Shown: positions 50,146 to 63,600 of the stretch, one piece after another
Position numbering within the stretch: position 1 is the first letter of the stretch
Layout: each line of letters begins with the position of its first letter
Origin: Callorhinchus milii
Taxonomy: Eukaryota
NCBI RefSeq assembly: GCF_018977255.1
Contig: NW_024704742.1
Location: forward strand, 77,316,001 to 77,380,000
Length of the DNA stretch: 64,000 nt
Reading direction: 5' to 3'
Notes under the pieces: generated by a model
What the model saw: the letters and a program-made list of their open reading frames with translations, nothing else
Told to the model about the DNA's origin: nothing
Database searches by the model: none
Position numbers and translations under genes: made by a program

Positions 50146-50248
50146 TAGAAAATTCTTAAATTGAACCATAATTTTGAAGCCAGTTTTCCTCAGTTCTCAA
50201 AAAGAAACTGTTTTTCAAATTCAGGCTGAATTTGAAGAATTTCCCACA
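50146..50248. repeat. Palindromic dispersed element, copy D
   Basis: Arms 50146-50188 and 50204-50248 are imperfect reverse complements; arm consensus shared with the other copies. Confidence 0.7.
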
Positions 50249-53159
50249 ATTTTATGCGATCTTACAATTTGTTACAAAATGCTCGTACAGGCTAGGACCA
50301 GGTGGAATTTTGTGCCTCAATATTCTCTTCCTTACGTTGAGACAACCATGCTAATCAATTTACATTTCTTGTTTTGACTTAAAGCTGTGTACTTTGTTGG
50401 TTGGTTTAATAAAGGTTTACACATTCTGCAACAAATTAACTGATCAATAGAGAGTCTACTTTTTAAATTCATACTAGCTAATCAGGAATGAACTTTAATT
50501 CAAGGCTATTTCTGAAATTCTTTAACAAGGCATTCCCATTGAGAACTCTCTGGAAGTGGATTTTGGAGTTTCTGTAGGTTGGTGCATCCAGTTACCATAA
50601 GGAGCCTTCCATTTGCACAACTCGGATTCCTTATCAAGAAATCCCCTCAAGAAATATTGTAAATTAGATTGTTTAGATATGTAGATCTTCCTGTTCAATA
50701 AGATGATCAGATTTAACTACTCTAATGCTAGTTACAAAGCAATTGATGGATGGATGGTCTGTTTGCAGGACATTACTATGTACAAATAGACTTTATTATT
50801 CGCCTATAAAATTCCAGTCGCTACACTTTACAGTGAATCCTGTGAAATGGTTTGAGACATCCTCCCAATTTGAAAAACGTTTCACCAAATGGAAAGATTT
50901 TATTAGTATTTATTATAAAGTGGCCAAAACATCTATTAATTCCCCATTGAATGTGCCTTTGGCATATCCAACAGCATTTAATATAGACAATTTATGTAAA
51001 CGCTGCAGATGACTGAGTACTGTGTTTTTGCTGGCAAATTAGTACTATCTAGTTGTAGTGTGCCAACTTTATCCTTTATTTGTAACAAAGCAACAGAATC
51101 TTGAGAGGTCAAAATCCTTCTTCAGGTTCAATTCCTTTCCTGTAGAAAATCCAAATGTAATGAAAATCTTAAAAAGGGTTGCAGTGTGGATACAGTAAGC
51201 GTGATTCGCAAACAATGACCCGTTTTAGATCCCCCACTTTAGACTCCTGTGATCAAAACCACCCTCACATTTCACATGCTCGTAGAAATGTTGGAATTGG
51301 CATTTAAGCCTTTAGCGTGGGTGTGGCTTTGCTCGTGTGACTCACTGCACTTGCCAGAAATAGTTAATAAATAGCTACCACGAGAATCTATGCAAACTTC
51401 ACTATTTTAAGGGAAAAATGTTTGCGCAATTTAACCTCTTTGATCAGTGTTAACTCTAGGGTTTGTTGGCAAGATGTCAAAGATGTCTCTGTTGCTGGCA
51501 ACCATCTTTCAGACTCAGTTTGAAAGTTGAAGTCGATGTTCTGGAGGTTTCCTGTTTTCAGTGAAGGCTGTGAGTGAAATGATCTTTGAAGGATTATACA
51601 TCAGCGGTTCGAAATTCTGTTAGACAAATGTTGAAAGAATTCATGCCATTTCACCCAAGGAGAAGGAAGAACTTCCCCAAGGCTGGAGCACAGAGTGCTA
51701 CATCCCTCATGATAAACAGCTCATGGGCATGCACTGTTCAGATCACAATCCCGCTGTCTGGCTGTGCCTCCTTATGCTGTATAGTGCATCACTGAACCAC
51801 TCCCACCCCTGTCAATCTGAGAACACAATTCAGCAGCTCTGAACTGCAGGCAAAATTGCAAAAAAAAGCACACGTCTTCACAGGCTCAATAAATTACACG
51901 TGGACCTAACTAAAACCAACTAGCTTTAAAAAATGGTCATGGCCGTTTGCATTATTGAAAACAACAGCAAGAAAAAACATTGCCAAATTGATCAAATTTC
52001 ATGGATATGTTTAGTTTAACTTTATATGTATATCATTACAGTTAGATTTTCTGCAGGAGAGGGATTGAAACTGAAGAAGGATTTTGATTATCTCTCAAGA
52101 ATCCATTGTTTTGTCACAAATTAAAGGATATAGTTGCCACCCAATATTTAACTTTATATGTATATAAAAAATATGTAAATTTTTTTAATATATAAAAAAG
52201 TCTAAGGAAAGATATAAAAATGAGCTCTTGTAGGGATATAAATCATTGGTAGATTTAACAGTGAATAATGCCAATTAAACCTTTTGACACTCACATTTCA
52301 TCCCCAGTGCTTGCATATTAAGCAAAGATGCTATATAAATACTCAGAGAAAAATATACCCCACAGATGACCACAAACATTTTAAGAGTAGAAATAATAAG
52401 CTTCCGATAGTTGGTGTGACTGGCAGTCTCATATAACACAGCTGAAGTCCACCAGGTCAATATCTTTTACAAACACTGATGAAAGACATTTTAACCGTCT
52501 TTCTCCACCAGAGTCATAGAGCAATGTCCAAGTCTCTCTGAAGTATTTGAACTGTGAAGACTGCTGTAACTCAACTGGATGAGACGGTAGCCATGAGCAG
52601 AGATGGGGGTCACTTGAGGCAGTTTATATTCTTTGTGAGCTTCAGATCTTCATGTCAGTTACGACTCAGAAAGTTGGTTCCTCCTCATCTCTGCTAAAAA
52701 AAAGACTGTGATATACTCCATAGCTTCCTCAATGTTGCCCGGAGCCATTCCATATGCAACCTGCTGTTCCCCTGTCTTTGACAGAAGGCTGCCCATTTTC
52801 TGTGCCATTGTTGATAGCAGCCACCTGCCCCTGGTTATTGGGGAAAGTGCCATAGTTCTGAGCACTAGACAATGCCACAGGATTAGTTGAGAGGAAGAAA
52901 TGGTTCCAATCCTCCTTAGACAAGCTGGTGGTTACAGGATGAGTAAAAGTGAAGTGAGTTCCTGGGGGAAGATGACACCCACAGAATCTGAACGTTGATC
53001 AGTCAGGAGAAGCTGGGTACGTTCACTGTAGTCTCACAAGTCCAAAATGTAGCAGAATAGGGAGTCACGACAGGGATCACAACAGAGCCATTTGCTGCAA
53101 GTGATTCCACACATTCTGCAGGAAAAACTCACCAGCTCATAAGATCTAAATACTTTTTA

Positions 53160-53300
53160 GCATCATAGATTCATTGAAATGTAAACACAGAAGGAAGCCA
53201 TTTGGCCCATCAAGGCTTCACCAGCTCTCAGAGCATGGGTTCATTCAATCCCATTGCCCTGCATCTTCCTCAACCACTCTCTGAGTGAAAGCATTTCTCC
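53160..53300 (-). mobile_element. CR1 3' end
   Basis: cacagaaggaagccatttggcccatc...caaccactctctgagtgaaa is the reverse complement of a CR1 tail. Confidence 0.65.
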
Positions 53301-56300
53301 TTGTCTGTAAAGCATCTAACTTTCTAACCATAAGGTCACCACATTATAAGATTATTTTTCGGGGCAATGTTAGTATTTAGACATTTTGAGGTGTTCATTT
53401 TGTGTTGAACTGCACAAGCTGGTGATGAGTAATGCTTGCCTTAAAGCAGCTTTTCTTAACAATGCCTTTTCATAGAAACTGAGTTTGAAGACGGTGAACA
53501 TCGCCCAGATTGTCAAGATCTAACAACATAAACCACTCTCCAATAGTGCAATAAATTATAATTTTTGGAGTCTAGTAATTGTATCAAGAATAGCCAGGCT
53601 TGTTAAGTTTACTTCCTCCAGACCTTCTCAAAACCGGTAACAAAAGTATGGGATGTTGCTCTTTGAGCAAAAATATGCCTCGGCAGATTTGACCAGAGTT
53701 GATAAAAATGCTTTTGTCTAAACTGAGAAATTTCTAGGAAAAAGCAGAAATAGATGAATAGAAGAATATTTTAGTTCAAGGAACAATGTATCTGCTGTCC
53801 AAAGCACCATGTTAGGTCCTTTTACAAAAGCCTGTAGCCTGCTTGAATCCATATTTAAGGGTCTTAAATTAATGGTGGTCTTAAAGGAGTCTAAAACAAT
53901 GGAATTCACAAAGCAACGCTGGTCCACAACTCACGCGTTAATGAGGGTTAATTAATGTTTTTTATAATAACATTTCTTGCATTTAATATCGCGCTTTATC
54001 GTGTCACCGATGGCTCAATGCAGTTCACAGGATTATCTGTAAAGTATCATGACTGTTTTTTGCATGAGGATAACCATGCAACATTCTTAATCCTACAAAA
54101 GAAAGACCTACAAAATTCGCTTGGATCTTAGCACAGGATGTGGTTCTATTTTACTCTCCAGGTAACATCGTTAACTCTACAGATGTTTGGATGGAATTTT
54201 ATACCATAGGTTTTCCAAATAGCCGCCTTACGCAACTCTCTGACTGCACGTAGAACTGCTCTCAGAAAGTGAAATTGATGGGTAAAAACCATACAGTCAG
54301 ATCATGTACACTCACAAAGCAGTTGCTGAAAATCAAGGCGATTGCATTAGTGCCAGTGCCAGTGCATTAGTGGCCTACAAGCAAAAGTTTATTGCAATAT
54401 TTTTGTCCAGCAGTAGAAGACTACTGGTAATTCTATGAGAAATGGTTAATGAACTTAATCTGGTGTGGCCTCACACAGACTTCTCTCCCCACCCTCCCCT
54501 CATGACTGCATTGTTTGATGGAAGGAGGGGCTCCATCTCAATCACAAGATAATTCTATTAATGTTAATCAATGGTTGAATATAATTAGAAAGATTGTGCC
54601 TTGCCTGATGAGAAACAGCAGCCTGACATGATCTAATGCTATCCAGCTCAGAGACTGCTCCTGTATATCAGACCATGCTCAGTGTAGTGCTGCACCAATC
54701 ATTGAAAGTTTATCCATAAACTCGGTGCACCTGGCAATGCCCCGAAGCAGCATTCTGTTTCTGTATGTGAACAAGATGGTGGAGTGGACCACAAAAATTT
54801 TGACTTTAAAACAAAACTATTTTTCAAACAAATGAAGCCTTTGTCTGTAGCTAAAGGTGCGAAATATGAGTCACAACAATTCCTCAGACTCAGTTCCTTG
54901 GGACTATAGAGTGTCCGTAACTCTGAAATGGGCGTGCACTGAAGGGATGACATTGCTTATTTGAATAAATTCCAAGTCACAACACAGCCAAAGATAAGGC
55001 AGTTCCAAAAATTCTAAAAATGAATTATTAAAAGATCAGATTCCTGTCTTTCTGAACGCTTGTGTGTAAATCGTTTCATCTAATAAACTAACCTATTAAT
55101 TCCTTTTACACTCAGTAGATTCTGGGACGTTGCACTGCAAACTCTAGCCAGATTATTCTACACGTAACATTAACTGCCCTGCAATTTACTAATTGCTGAC
55201 TTCAGACACACTTCTGATAACTGACTGCAGAACAGGAACCTCTTAACAGAAAGTCTCTCAAGCATCAATCTGTTTGGCAAGGTTTTATTTAAAAAGCTAA
55301 ATGCTCGGTTGCACATAAAAGTTCTAAACTCCATCAACATTTAACAGTAAGTAGTCAGGGTTGATATGAGTTGAACAAGATAAATCACATTGTGTTTTAT
55401 TTCTTCTGCCTCCTTATTGCAATTTTCCCCCCTCTGCAATTGCAAAGAACTCATATGATAGGTGACTGCCCTAATATCACAAGATGGCCATTTTTATTTT
55501 GATTCTCCACAGGGTGGCCATCACAAGAATGTCTCTTTACTCTGGGGTCTGTAACGCAGAGCTTGTACTTTAGTTTTGTAATTTGGATCACTACCCAGTT
55601 TTGGCCTCTCCTGTTCGACACCTCCACCCAGGCTGAATAACAGGCTGTGTAAAAACACAATCATTTGGTTCCTTAGAGACCTCAAACACTCAACCCCAGA
55701 CCGTAAAAATCCATTTTTCTTAGTCCCACACATTGAAATAATTAACTAACTTGAAGCACTTCCCAGAGTTTCTTTTTTCTTTGCAAATTTTCCCCAAATT
55801 TCTTTCCTGGAGACATTTCCACTTAGACATGTGTACCTGAAATATCTAAAGAAGCGCTTTCAGCCTGGGCTGTGGATTACTTCTTCTTGATCTATCCAAC
55901 TGTTAGGACTTGGTGGGAAGGGGGAACTAAAGAAAATTAACTAGCTTTGGTCTGTTGGAGAACGACTAGAATTGAAATTTCAGCCTCAGCAGATATTCCC
56001 ACATGGGTTTCCTCACTTTTGAATGAACATAAAGTATGGAATAAAAAGAGGCCATTGAATCCATTTCTTCCAGGAGACCATGACGAATTAATACAGTCTT
56101 GGACTCTACCCAGCATGTTTAATCTCTCGCGACATAACTAACCACAGGTAAACGTCTAAAAAGATATAGGGAAAAGAGAATGGAAAACTGACCAATGGAG
56201 AGGAAGTCTCTACCTGATGCTCTGTCATGGCTGATATCCAAATTGGAATCCATGACAATGCCTGCAGGCTGGAACGTGCTTGTGATCCAGGAGGATAGGG

Positions 56301-57477
56301 GTGGACGCAAGAGCTCACTGGGTTTGGGAAGGGGAATAAGAGAATGTGGTGTAAAATAATTTGGTTTCATATCTGTTATGTGTAACAAGTTTTCAGGAAG
56401 GTTGGATGGTTTTCAGGCAAAACAACAACTTGCAATTAAGTAGCGGCCTTCATGCAGGGTGGTGTCTTGGAGCCCTATAACAAGGATATCAAAGGTCCTA
56501 GGGGCAATGAGTTTAAAAAGGTCCCCTAGAAGGGAGGCAGGAAAACCAACGTGGAGACTGATGGTTGTGTATCCCTTGTTCTCCAATTCGTAAAAGAGAA
56601 TTTACTTAAAACACCTGTCATTGACTCCCAACATTTTAAATTTTAGTTGCTTTGAATGGTTCCTGTATTAAATCTAAGTGAGACGATTCCAGGCAGGTGT
56701 ATTTTCTTTGGTAACCGAACATTTGTAATATTGATGCACAGTGACATTGCTGTGTGCAACTGGCTGCTGCGTTTCGCTCACAAAATACACAATTAATCCA
56801 CTTTACAGTATATTGTGTGAAGCATTTTGAAACGTCTTGACGACGTGAAAGGCTCCAATTCAAATGCAAGGATCGAGTACTCCACCACTGGAGCTCCTGA
56901 GTTGACCTGAAATCCCTTTCTGCATGAGAGATGGAGTTAAGTGAAAGGATTGTTTGTGTTCCTAGTTTCCTGGTGTGGTGTAGACCTGAAGAGTGATAGG
57001 TAAAACAACTTCTGATTTATTTGCATCTTGACAATACCGCATTAAAACTCAGCCATTTCCTACTTTTGTGTGGGAACAAACTTGTAAACCCAGGCAGAAC
57101 ATTGCTTGCGGATGTTGGCCATCAGCTGCAGAGTTGCTGAGCAGGAAGCAGAGTGTCCTGGGACTACATCTACCATTGAACTTGTGCTTAACAGCCATCA
57201 ATTATTACTCTTAAATTATTAAGCATTTTTTTTTAAACATCAGTTTCTCTTGTCAGCACACGCAAAATAATATTTTGATGAGTCTTCATCATTAGGTTCC
57301 TCCAATATTATTGGTTACCTTAAAAATAAAATCTCCCCCCCACAGACATACAGTCACTCCTATTGTGAGTTTTAGCTCTTTGTGCTTTGTGCAATGAAAA
57401 TTTCAAGTTATCATTTAATTTAACTGATTGAAGGGTTCTATTGGGAAAATCGCCAGGAAGAGTAAAGATTGTCCCAT

Positions 57478-57945
57478 GGAAGGTTTGATCCTCAGCAGGG
57501 CCAGATTAAGAGATGGGGGGGGCCCTAAATCAGATTGCATTTGGGGGCCCTTTGGACAATGCATACAAAATATGCAACAATACCTTTTTAAAATACTAGT
57601 TTTAAATTCTCATGCCTCCAGCTCCAACTCCCCTCTTCCCGTCTCTCTCCACACAGCCTCATAGCGGAGAGTGATGGGAAAGAGAGGCACAGCCGGGAGG
57701 TAAAGGCGTCAATGTCAAAGCCGGGGCCCCTCAGACCTTGAGGGCCCCCTCTGATCGCGGGGCCCTAAACCACGTTTTTTCTTGATGGGTAATCTGGCCC
57801 TGATCCTCAGTCTTCGCAGAATGAACTGATCTCACCTGGGTTAGCAGTTTGAATGGTCTTGTTGGCTATGGCATTCCTGGGCTATGGTGGAGAAAACCAG
57901 ATGAAGTTCCCACTCCTTGATTGCTATCCAGTGTCCATTGGAACC
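57478..57945 (+). mobile_element. AmnSINE2-like SINE interrupted by a hAT MITE
   Basis: Removing the MITE and one TSD copy rejoins aggtttgatcctcag|tcttcgcagaatgaactgatctcacc...cctgggctatggtggagaaaaccag...cttgattgctatccagtg. Confidence 0.55.
57496..57802. mobile_element. Intact 307-bp non-autonomous hAT element (MITE)
   Basis: Perfect 13-bp TIRs CAGGGCCAGATTA / TAATCTGGCCCTG; perfect 8-bp TSD ATCCTCAG (57488-57495 and 57803-57810); five subterminal GGGCCC motifs. Confidence 0.93.
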
Positions 57946-58249
57946 ACCATTCCCTACAGTGTAGATCCAGGGAAAGTAGTCCAAGAGCATTATATTGTGT
58001 TTGGGTTGTCTGTATTGCGCACATGTCCTGGGAATTTAGGCATTGTAACACAGTTTGCATTTCTCAGTTCCAAACAGGCAGCCCTTTTCCCCCCAGACAG
58101 GTACTTACTTGCTGGTTCCAGCAATACCCTTGTTCTCTCACTATCCCATTCCACACACTGGGAGATTTATACTTTGATTAAAGCAGCAAACAAAGGCTGA
58201 ATCATGGAAATAAAGTGCATGTGATCCAGCTCTTGTTTTACTGTATAAT

Positions 58250-58757
58250 AAGCCTTGTATTTATTAAAGCTTCTCTAATTCCAGGAGCACGTTATAGGAT
58301 TTATGTCAAATGTGACTGTGTATTTTGTTGTAGTCAAACACAGAAGCCAATGTGCACACATCAGTATCTCACAAACAGCCATGAAGTGAATTGACAAATT
58401 TTATTTGGAGGAATGTTGGCCGGGACACTGGGAGAAACTTCCTTCTATTTTTAAACAGAGCCATGGGATCTTTTAATGTCCACCTGAAGAGGCAGAAGGA
58501 TGACACTTCTACAGGGTGATCAAAACGTCGTTAAGCTACCCTATCTAAAAAATCTAAATTTTATCTAAAAAAATCATCATTTATTTAAGACTTATCAGAC
58601 ATTATAATGGTGTCACGACTTTTTAATCAGTGCAGTAATGCAACACACCCCAGCACTGCAATGAACGCCCAGCTTAGACTATATGAGTTCAAAGTCTCAA
58701 TGTCTCACCTTCTAACTTTGAGGTGAAAGTGCAACCAACTGAGCCAGGCTGACACCT
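58250..58757 (-). mobile_element. Deu-domain SINE with a nested insertion
   Basis: gttggccgggacactgggagaaact...gccatgggatcttttaatgtccacctgaag...[insert]...ccccagcactgca...caaccaactgagccaggctgacacc. Confidence 0.8.
58512..58635. mobile_element. Probable Tc1/mariner-type MITE remnant (TA-flanked)
   Basis: Flanked by TA on both sides; the ends share tgatcaaaacgtcgt versus (reverse complement) tgattaaaaagtcgt, 13/15 identical; it interrupts the Deu-SINE. Confidence 0.5.
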
Positions 58758-58957
58758 AAACCTGGGAAGTTTGGATCATTTGTAATTCAATTAATCCACT
58801 TTTAAGTGGGATTTATTTATTCCAACTGAGCTGAGTACAGAGTTTCTATCAGTGTTCCATTGGCAGGCTCTAAATCCCAAGTAAATGGTACAAGCATGTC
58901 ATTTCCATCATGGACCACGTCTGCAAAAGGGTGTTTCAGACACCGGAGTCCAGCTTC

Positions 58958-59040
58958 CAGTGTGGCATCTCCCTGATTCTCAGTGTGGCATCTCCCTGAC
59001 TCAGTGTGGTATCCCCCTGACTCTTAGTGTGACATCTCCA
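58958..59040. repeat. 21-23-bp minisatellite (~3.7 units)
   Basis: cagtgtggcatctccctga(c/t)t(ct) repeated head to tail. Confidence 0.92.
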
Positions 59041-59699
59041 AGACAGACAGAGCTTGGAGAGCAGCTGTTCTGGGAACCGTGCCCACTCCCCCCAAAACAA
59101 TCTTAGAAAGACAGCGGCCTTTAATGAAAAGAAGATTTGTCTTGTTGACCCAAGTATTAAGGGTGATGTTTTGTCTACTCTTAAGCAATTGCAGAAGGAA
59201 AACAAAAGTACAATATGCAAACTTGGGAAGTTGGTTTACACCCTCAGGCATCTAAGTTTTATGTTATCTTTTACAGCAATCATTTGGGTTACTGAAAAGC
59301 ATGCACAGATTTTCTGTCAAGCATCATGTTGCCCTTCAAATTCACAGATGAGATGGTGATATATATATATGAATGGGGAACCAGGGTTTATTAAATTTGA
59401 AAAGCTGCTTACTGTAATGTGGGTAGGAAATTGTGTTCTGTTGTCAATGTTGTTTTCTCTGTCTCCATTTGCACAGTCGGCTCCACAAGTGAAGTCAATA
59501 TTTCTGTCAAAGTCAATGGGACTCAGAGAATTCATACCTATTCTGGTGTCAGGTGTAACTGTGGCACCCATCACCAGGGAAGCAGTGACATTTGTACATC
59601 ACAATCACAATCAATTGATGAATTGTCTCCTTAGGTCAGGGAGTGATGAAATCCAAATATTTTTGTTCAGAAAAATTTGCATCTGAAGGCTGCTATTTA

Positions 59700-59825
59700 A
59701 TCAGCATATTTAAGAGGAAACTTGGTGCATACACGAGGGAGAAAGGAATAGAGGGGTAGAGACTCGTGTAGTATAAATATCAGTGCAGACTAGTTGGGCC
59801 GAATGGCCTGTTTCCATTCTGCATA
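59700..59825 (+). mobile_element. CR1 3' end
   Basis: gactcgtgtagtataaatatcagtgcagactagttgggccgaatggcctgtttcc. Confidence 0.7.
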
Positions 59826-61207
59826 ATTATTTGCTCATTTTATTGCCGTGTGTAGCAAAGTAAGACTTGGAGAATGGAAAAGCAATGCCAAAATGGAATC
59901 TGCAGGCTTCCCGTCCTGCCATTATTAAATGCATTTTGCAGTTATTGGGCTGGCATAAAGTGAATTGTTCAAGTAACCAAATTCCCTAGCAGTGAATGGT
60001 TGCTGGGCCAGCTTAAACGTTTTAATCATTTTAATTCCACAGTCACCTGCTTGTTAAACTGTGCGGTATTCATTAGCTCCTGAGAGGCAGCAAATTAATG
60101 ATCAAGAGAAGTTCAAATGAAGAAGACCCTTTGATCCATTTGATGTCATCCTTCCAGAATACCCACAAGCTGTTTGTTAAAATGTGTCCAGTGCCCTGGC
60201 TTCAACCAACTCCTGGTAAGTAATAACAGTTCTAACTGTTATTACTTAATGATGAGATTTTGTGTATGCTTATATATGTCTTCATGTTTGTCCACATAAT
60301 GTGTGTGTGTATGTATGTATATATAATATATATATGTCAGATGGTTCAATGGAATGTTGCCATGGAGGCATCTATCAAAGGCAGGTTTCTCAGTCACGAA
60401 GTATAAGCTATACAACAGAGACCCTATGCTGCCTCTCCTTATCCTAATGTGATAATAACAAACCATCAACAATCCCAACAGTAAAGAGTTTGTGGAAAAG
60501 TGTCAAGGAAAACCGCAGCAGACAATGGCATGCTTGCTGGGTATTTTGTCCTCTCTTGCCTGCCAGCTTTGTGATCACTCCCAGTGCTTTAGCGATCAGG
60601 TTCTGAGTTACTCGGTATCTGGCCCTCTGCTTGTTGTTTGTCAGCCTGCCTTGTGGTTCTTTGGTTCTCATTAGTTTCTTAGAAGTGAGCTTACTCATGC
60701 CAGCTGCGGTCACAGGCAAAACCAAAGTATTCTTATAGGAAAACCACAGGTACAATCTGAAACTTTGTCATGAAGTTTATTTACAAAGAAGCAGAAAACT
60801 TATTTTTTGGATTATGGGGGTCATGGGGGAGGAGAAAGATCATTATTTCTTAGTGTAATGGTAACTGGTGTAATTATCATTGCAACAGGATTCCCTTAGG
60901 GTTATTCCATACTTTAGTATCAATAAGATGAAACACTTTCAACGTTGTAGGTGCTATAGCAAATGCAAGGATTATTGTCATTAGAATGTTTGACAGGGAA
61001 TGGGCAAGAGCTGTTGACATATTATGATGTCCACTCCAGGTGATCTCATCACCAGTGCTTAACTTGCACAACTTCATAGGAACTTTGCAAACTCATGGCT
61101 GAGGTTTTCAATAAAATAAATATGCCACTGAAATGTCCTGTTTTAATCTCCACTGGGTTTTACAATTTTGAATAGAATACAACTGGAAATGTATGTTTGC
61201 ATGGAGG

Positions 61208-61450
61208 TTTACTCAGAGGGTAGTGAATTTATGGAATTCTCTACCCCAAAAGGCTGTAGATGCTCTGTCTTTAAACATATTCAAGACTGAGATTGATAGA
61301 TTTATAAAGGATAGAGGGATTAAGGGATATGGAGATAAGGCGGGCAGATGGAGTTAGGTTAGAAGATCAGCCATGATCTTATTGAATAGCGGGGCAGGCT
61401 CAAGGGGCTGAATGACCTACTCCTGCTCCTAATTCTTATGTTCCTATGTT
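61208..61450 (+). mobile_element. CR1 LINE 3' end
   Basis: TQRVVNLWNSLPQKAVDALSLNIFKTEIDRF CR1 C-terminus plus the ggggctgaatgacctactcctgctcctaattcttatgttcctatgtt tail. Confidence 0.92.
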
Positions 61451-63523
61451 CACACTTTTGAAGAGCATTTGGTATAACAACGAGGTCCCAACTTTAAGTG
61501 ACATAATTCCCACAGTCAGTAAATTTCTGGAAAAGGGATTTAGCTGTGAACTTTGCATTTTGGAATTGTTTTTCAGTCAAGTTTCCAAAATGTCGTATTT
61601 GGAAAAGAGTTTGTTTGCGAAGATGAGAAATGGCCACCACTGATTTGTAAAACCACATAATTTGCATTTGTCATTCTCAAATACTATTGAAACTTAATTA
61701 ATCTCAATTGAACATCTCATTTTGTGAGGATGGTTTGCCAGTGTCCTAGAAACAAAGGCTAGACAGCAGGGCTGAAAACATTGCTGTGGGTAGCCCCTCC
61801 TTTCGTCTAAGCCCCTTCCTCCCCGTTACTGTCCCTCTTTTTTTAAAAAAATCTATTACCTGTCAGACCCTCATTTCAGAGTGCGACTGCTCTGGTCATG
61901 TGGACCATGAACTCAAAAAGCATGTTCTACACACAGCATGCAGCTACCACTTTTAATAGTTACATCGCCAAAGGCATTTTTAGCCGGCATTGGGTGGGGA
62001 AACTGCTTTACAGTATAGAAAATTGATGAATAGCATATGGACATTAAAGTGCCTGACAGTTGTACTGTATTCAAAATTGCAAGACCCAGTGGTTAGAGGG
62101 CAACATTTCAGTGGCATATTTATTCTATTCAAAACCTCAGTCATGAGTTTGCCAAGTTCCTATTAACCCTTTGAAGGCTGAAATTACTTTGCGGGGGTAA
62201 GCCACATTGGCAGAGAGACTGAAATAGTAATCTGCCACTTTGTCTCAGTGGGATTTGCACCACACACACAAACACACTTATACACTCACTCTTCTGGGCT
62301 AACAGACATGGCACATAATAGCCAACAGTGTCATGAAGTTTATCCACAGCCCATGTAGAATAAATGCAGATAACCGACAGCCTTTTCTTAATTTGCAATA
62401 TTCATTTAAATAAACTCCGTAAGATTTAAAGTGTTCGTCTCCTCTGCTTGGTAAAATTGGCAACTGGGTATTACTTGCTGTTTATCAGTAAACTTATTGA
62501 CCACAGTAGTGTGTGCTTAACATGGGAAATCCCATTGTAATCACAGTGTCAAAATCGATCAATTTATTAACCAGTGGCAAATAAATCCCAATATTGGCAC
62601 TGGAGTCTTAAAAGGACTGATAGGTTTAGTTCTTTAGGAATTATTGGTGCTGAATATGTTGTATTTCCCAAATGTATTTAAAACTGAAAACTTTTTAAAA
62701 AATTGTCCCATAAGATTATGTTAGAGAACATAATTTAATGGTCTTTTTGCTGAAGGTACTTCATGTGTTTTTAGCAATCGACCTGACCTGAATGGATTTT
62801 ACTATTAGGTGTATGTGTCGTGATTCTTGAAATAAGGACATATTTTGTTTTTCTAGTAGACAATGCCCTGGGCATTTATTTACCAATTAAATAGTGACCT
62901 AGTCATGCAAGTATGCTGCAATGCGATTCTTTTCACAATACAGTAATTTAGAAAGATCACAATTGTATATCATGATGACAAGATTAATGGAATTTAATAC
63001 TGAGTTTAAAGAAAAAGTTCCCACAGTCCAGTTCTCCCACTCTCTCTTGTTTAATAATAGGGTTCACATTTCTCAATACTGTATATTGGAGATCTCTATT
63101 TAAGCATGTCACAGTCTTAGACAATGATGATTAATATATACCATTCCTCCCTCCCTTGCTCTCTCTCTCTCTGACACCGCATTCTCCTGTTACCAGACCA
63201 CCTTGGTTCTCTCAACACACAGTTCCATGTAACCACAATGTTATCAACTAAACCTCACAATGGATGAGAATGATGCTTCTGCAAATGCTGTGTTAACAAA
63301 TGGCCAAACCATAAATGTAAGGCTAGTTAGTCATTCCATAAACCAATAACACTGTTTTAAAAGCAATATACAGTATTGTTTACAGGTCCGTCCACATTTT
63401 TGACGTGTCTTCCTCATGTATAATTCTTGGAAGACTCCTTCCTTGATGTCTGTTACCAAGCCTGAAATTCCATCTCATCTTAGCCTCAATACCATTGTAT
63501 CTGAAATTAATGTGGAGCAGATT

Positions 63524-63600
63524 TGTAGAAAATTCTTAATTTGGAAGCCGTTGCTTTTTAATTTCTTTCAAATTAAGATCAAATTTAAGAATTTTCCACA
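63524..63600. repeat. Palindromic dispersed element, copy E
   Basis: tgtagaaaattcttaatttgg versus caaatttaagaattttccaca (reverse complement tgtggaaaattcttaaatttg). Confidence 0.65.

Noticed and set aside
52659..53130. Possible coding or retroelement remnant with several overlapping ORFs
   Set aside because: No motif I can recognise in any frame.
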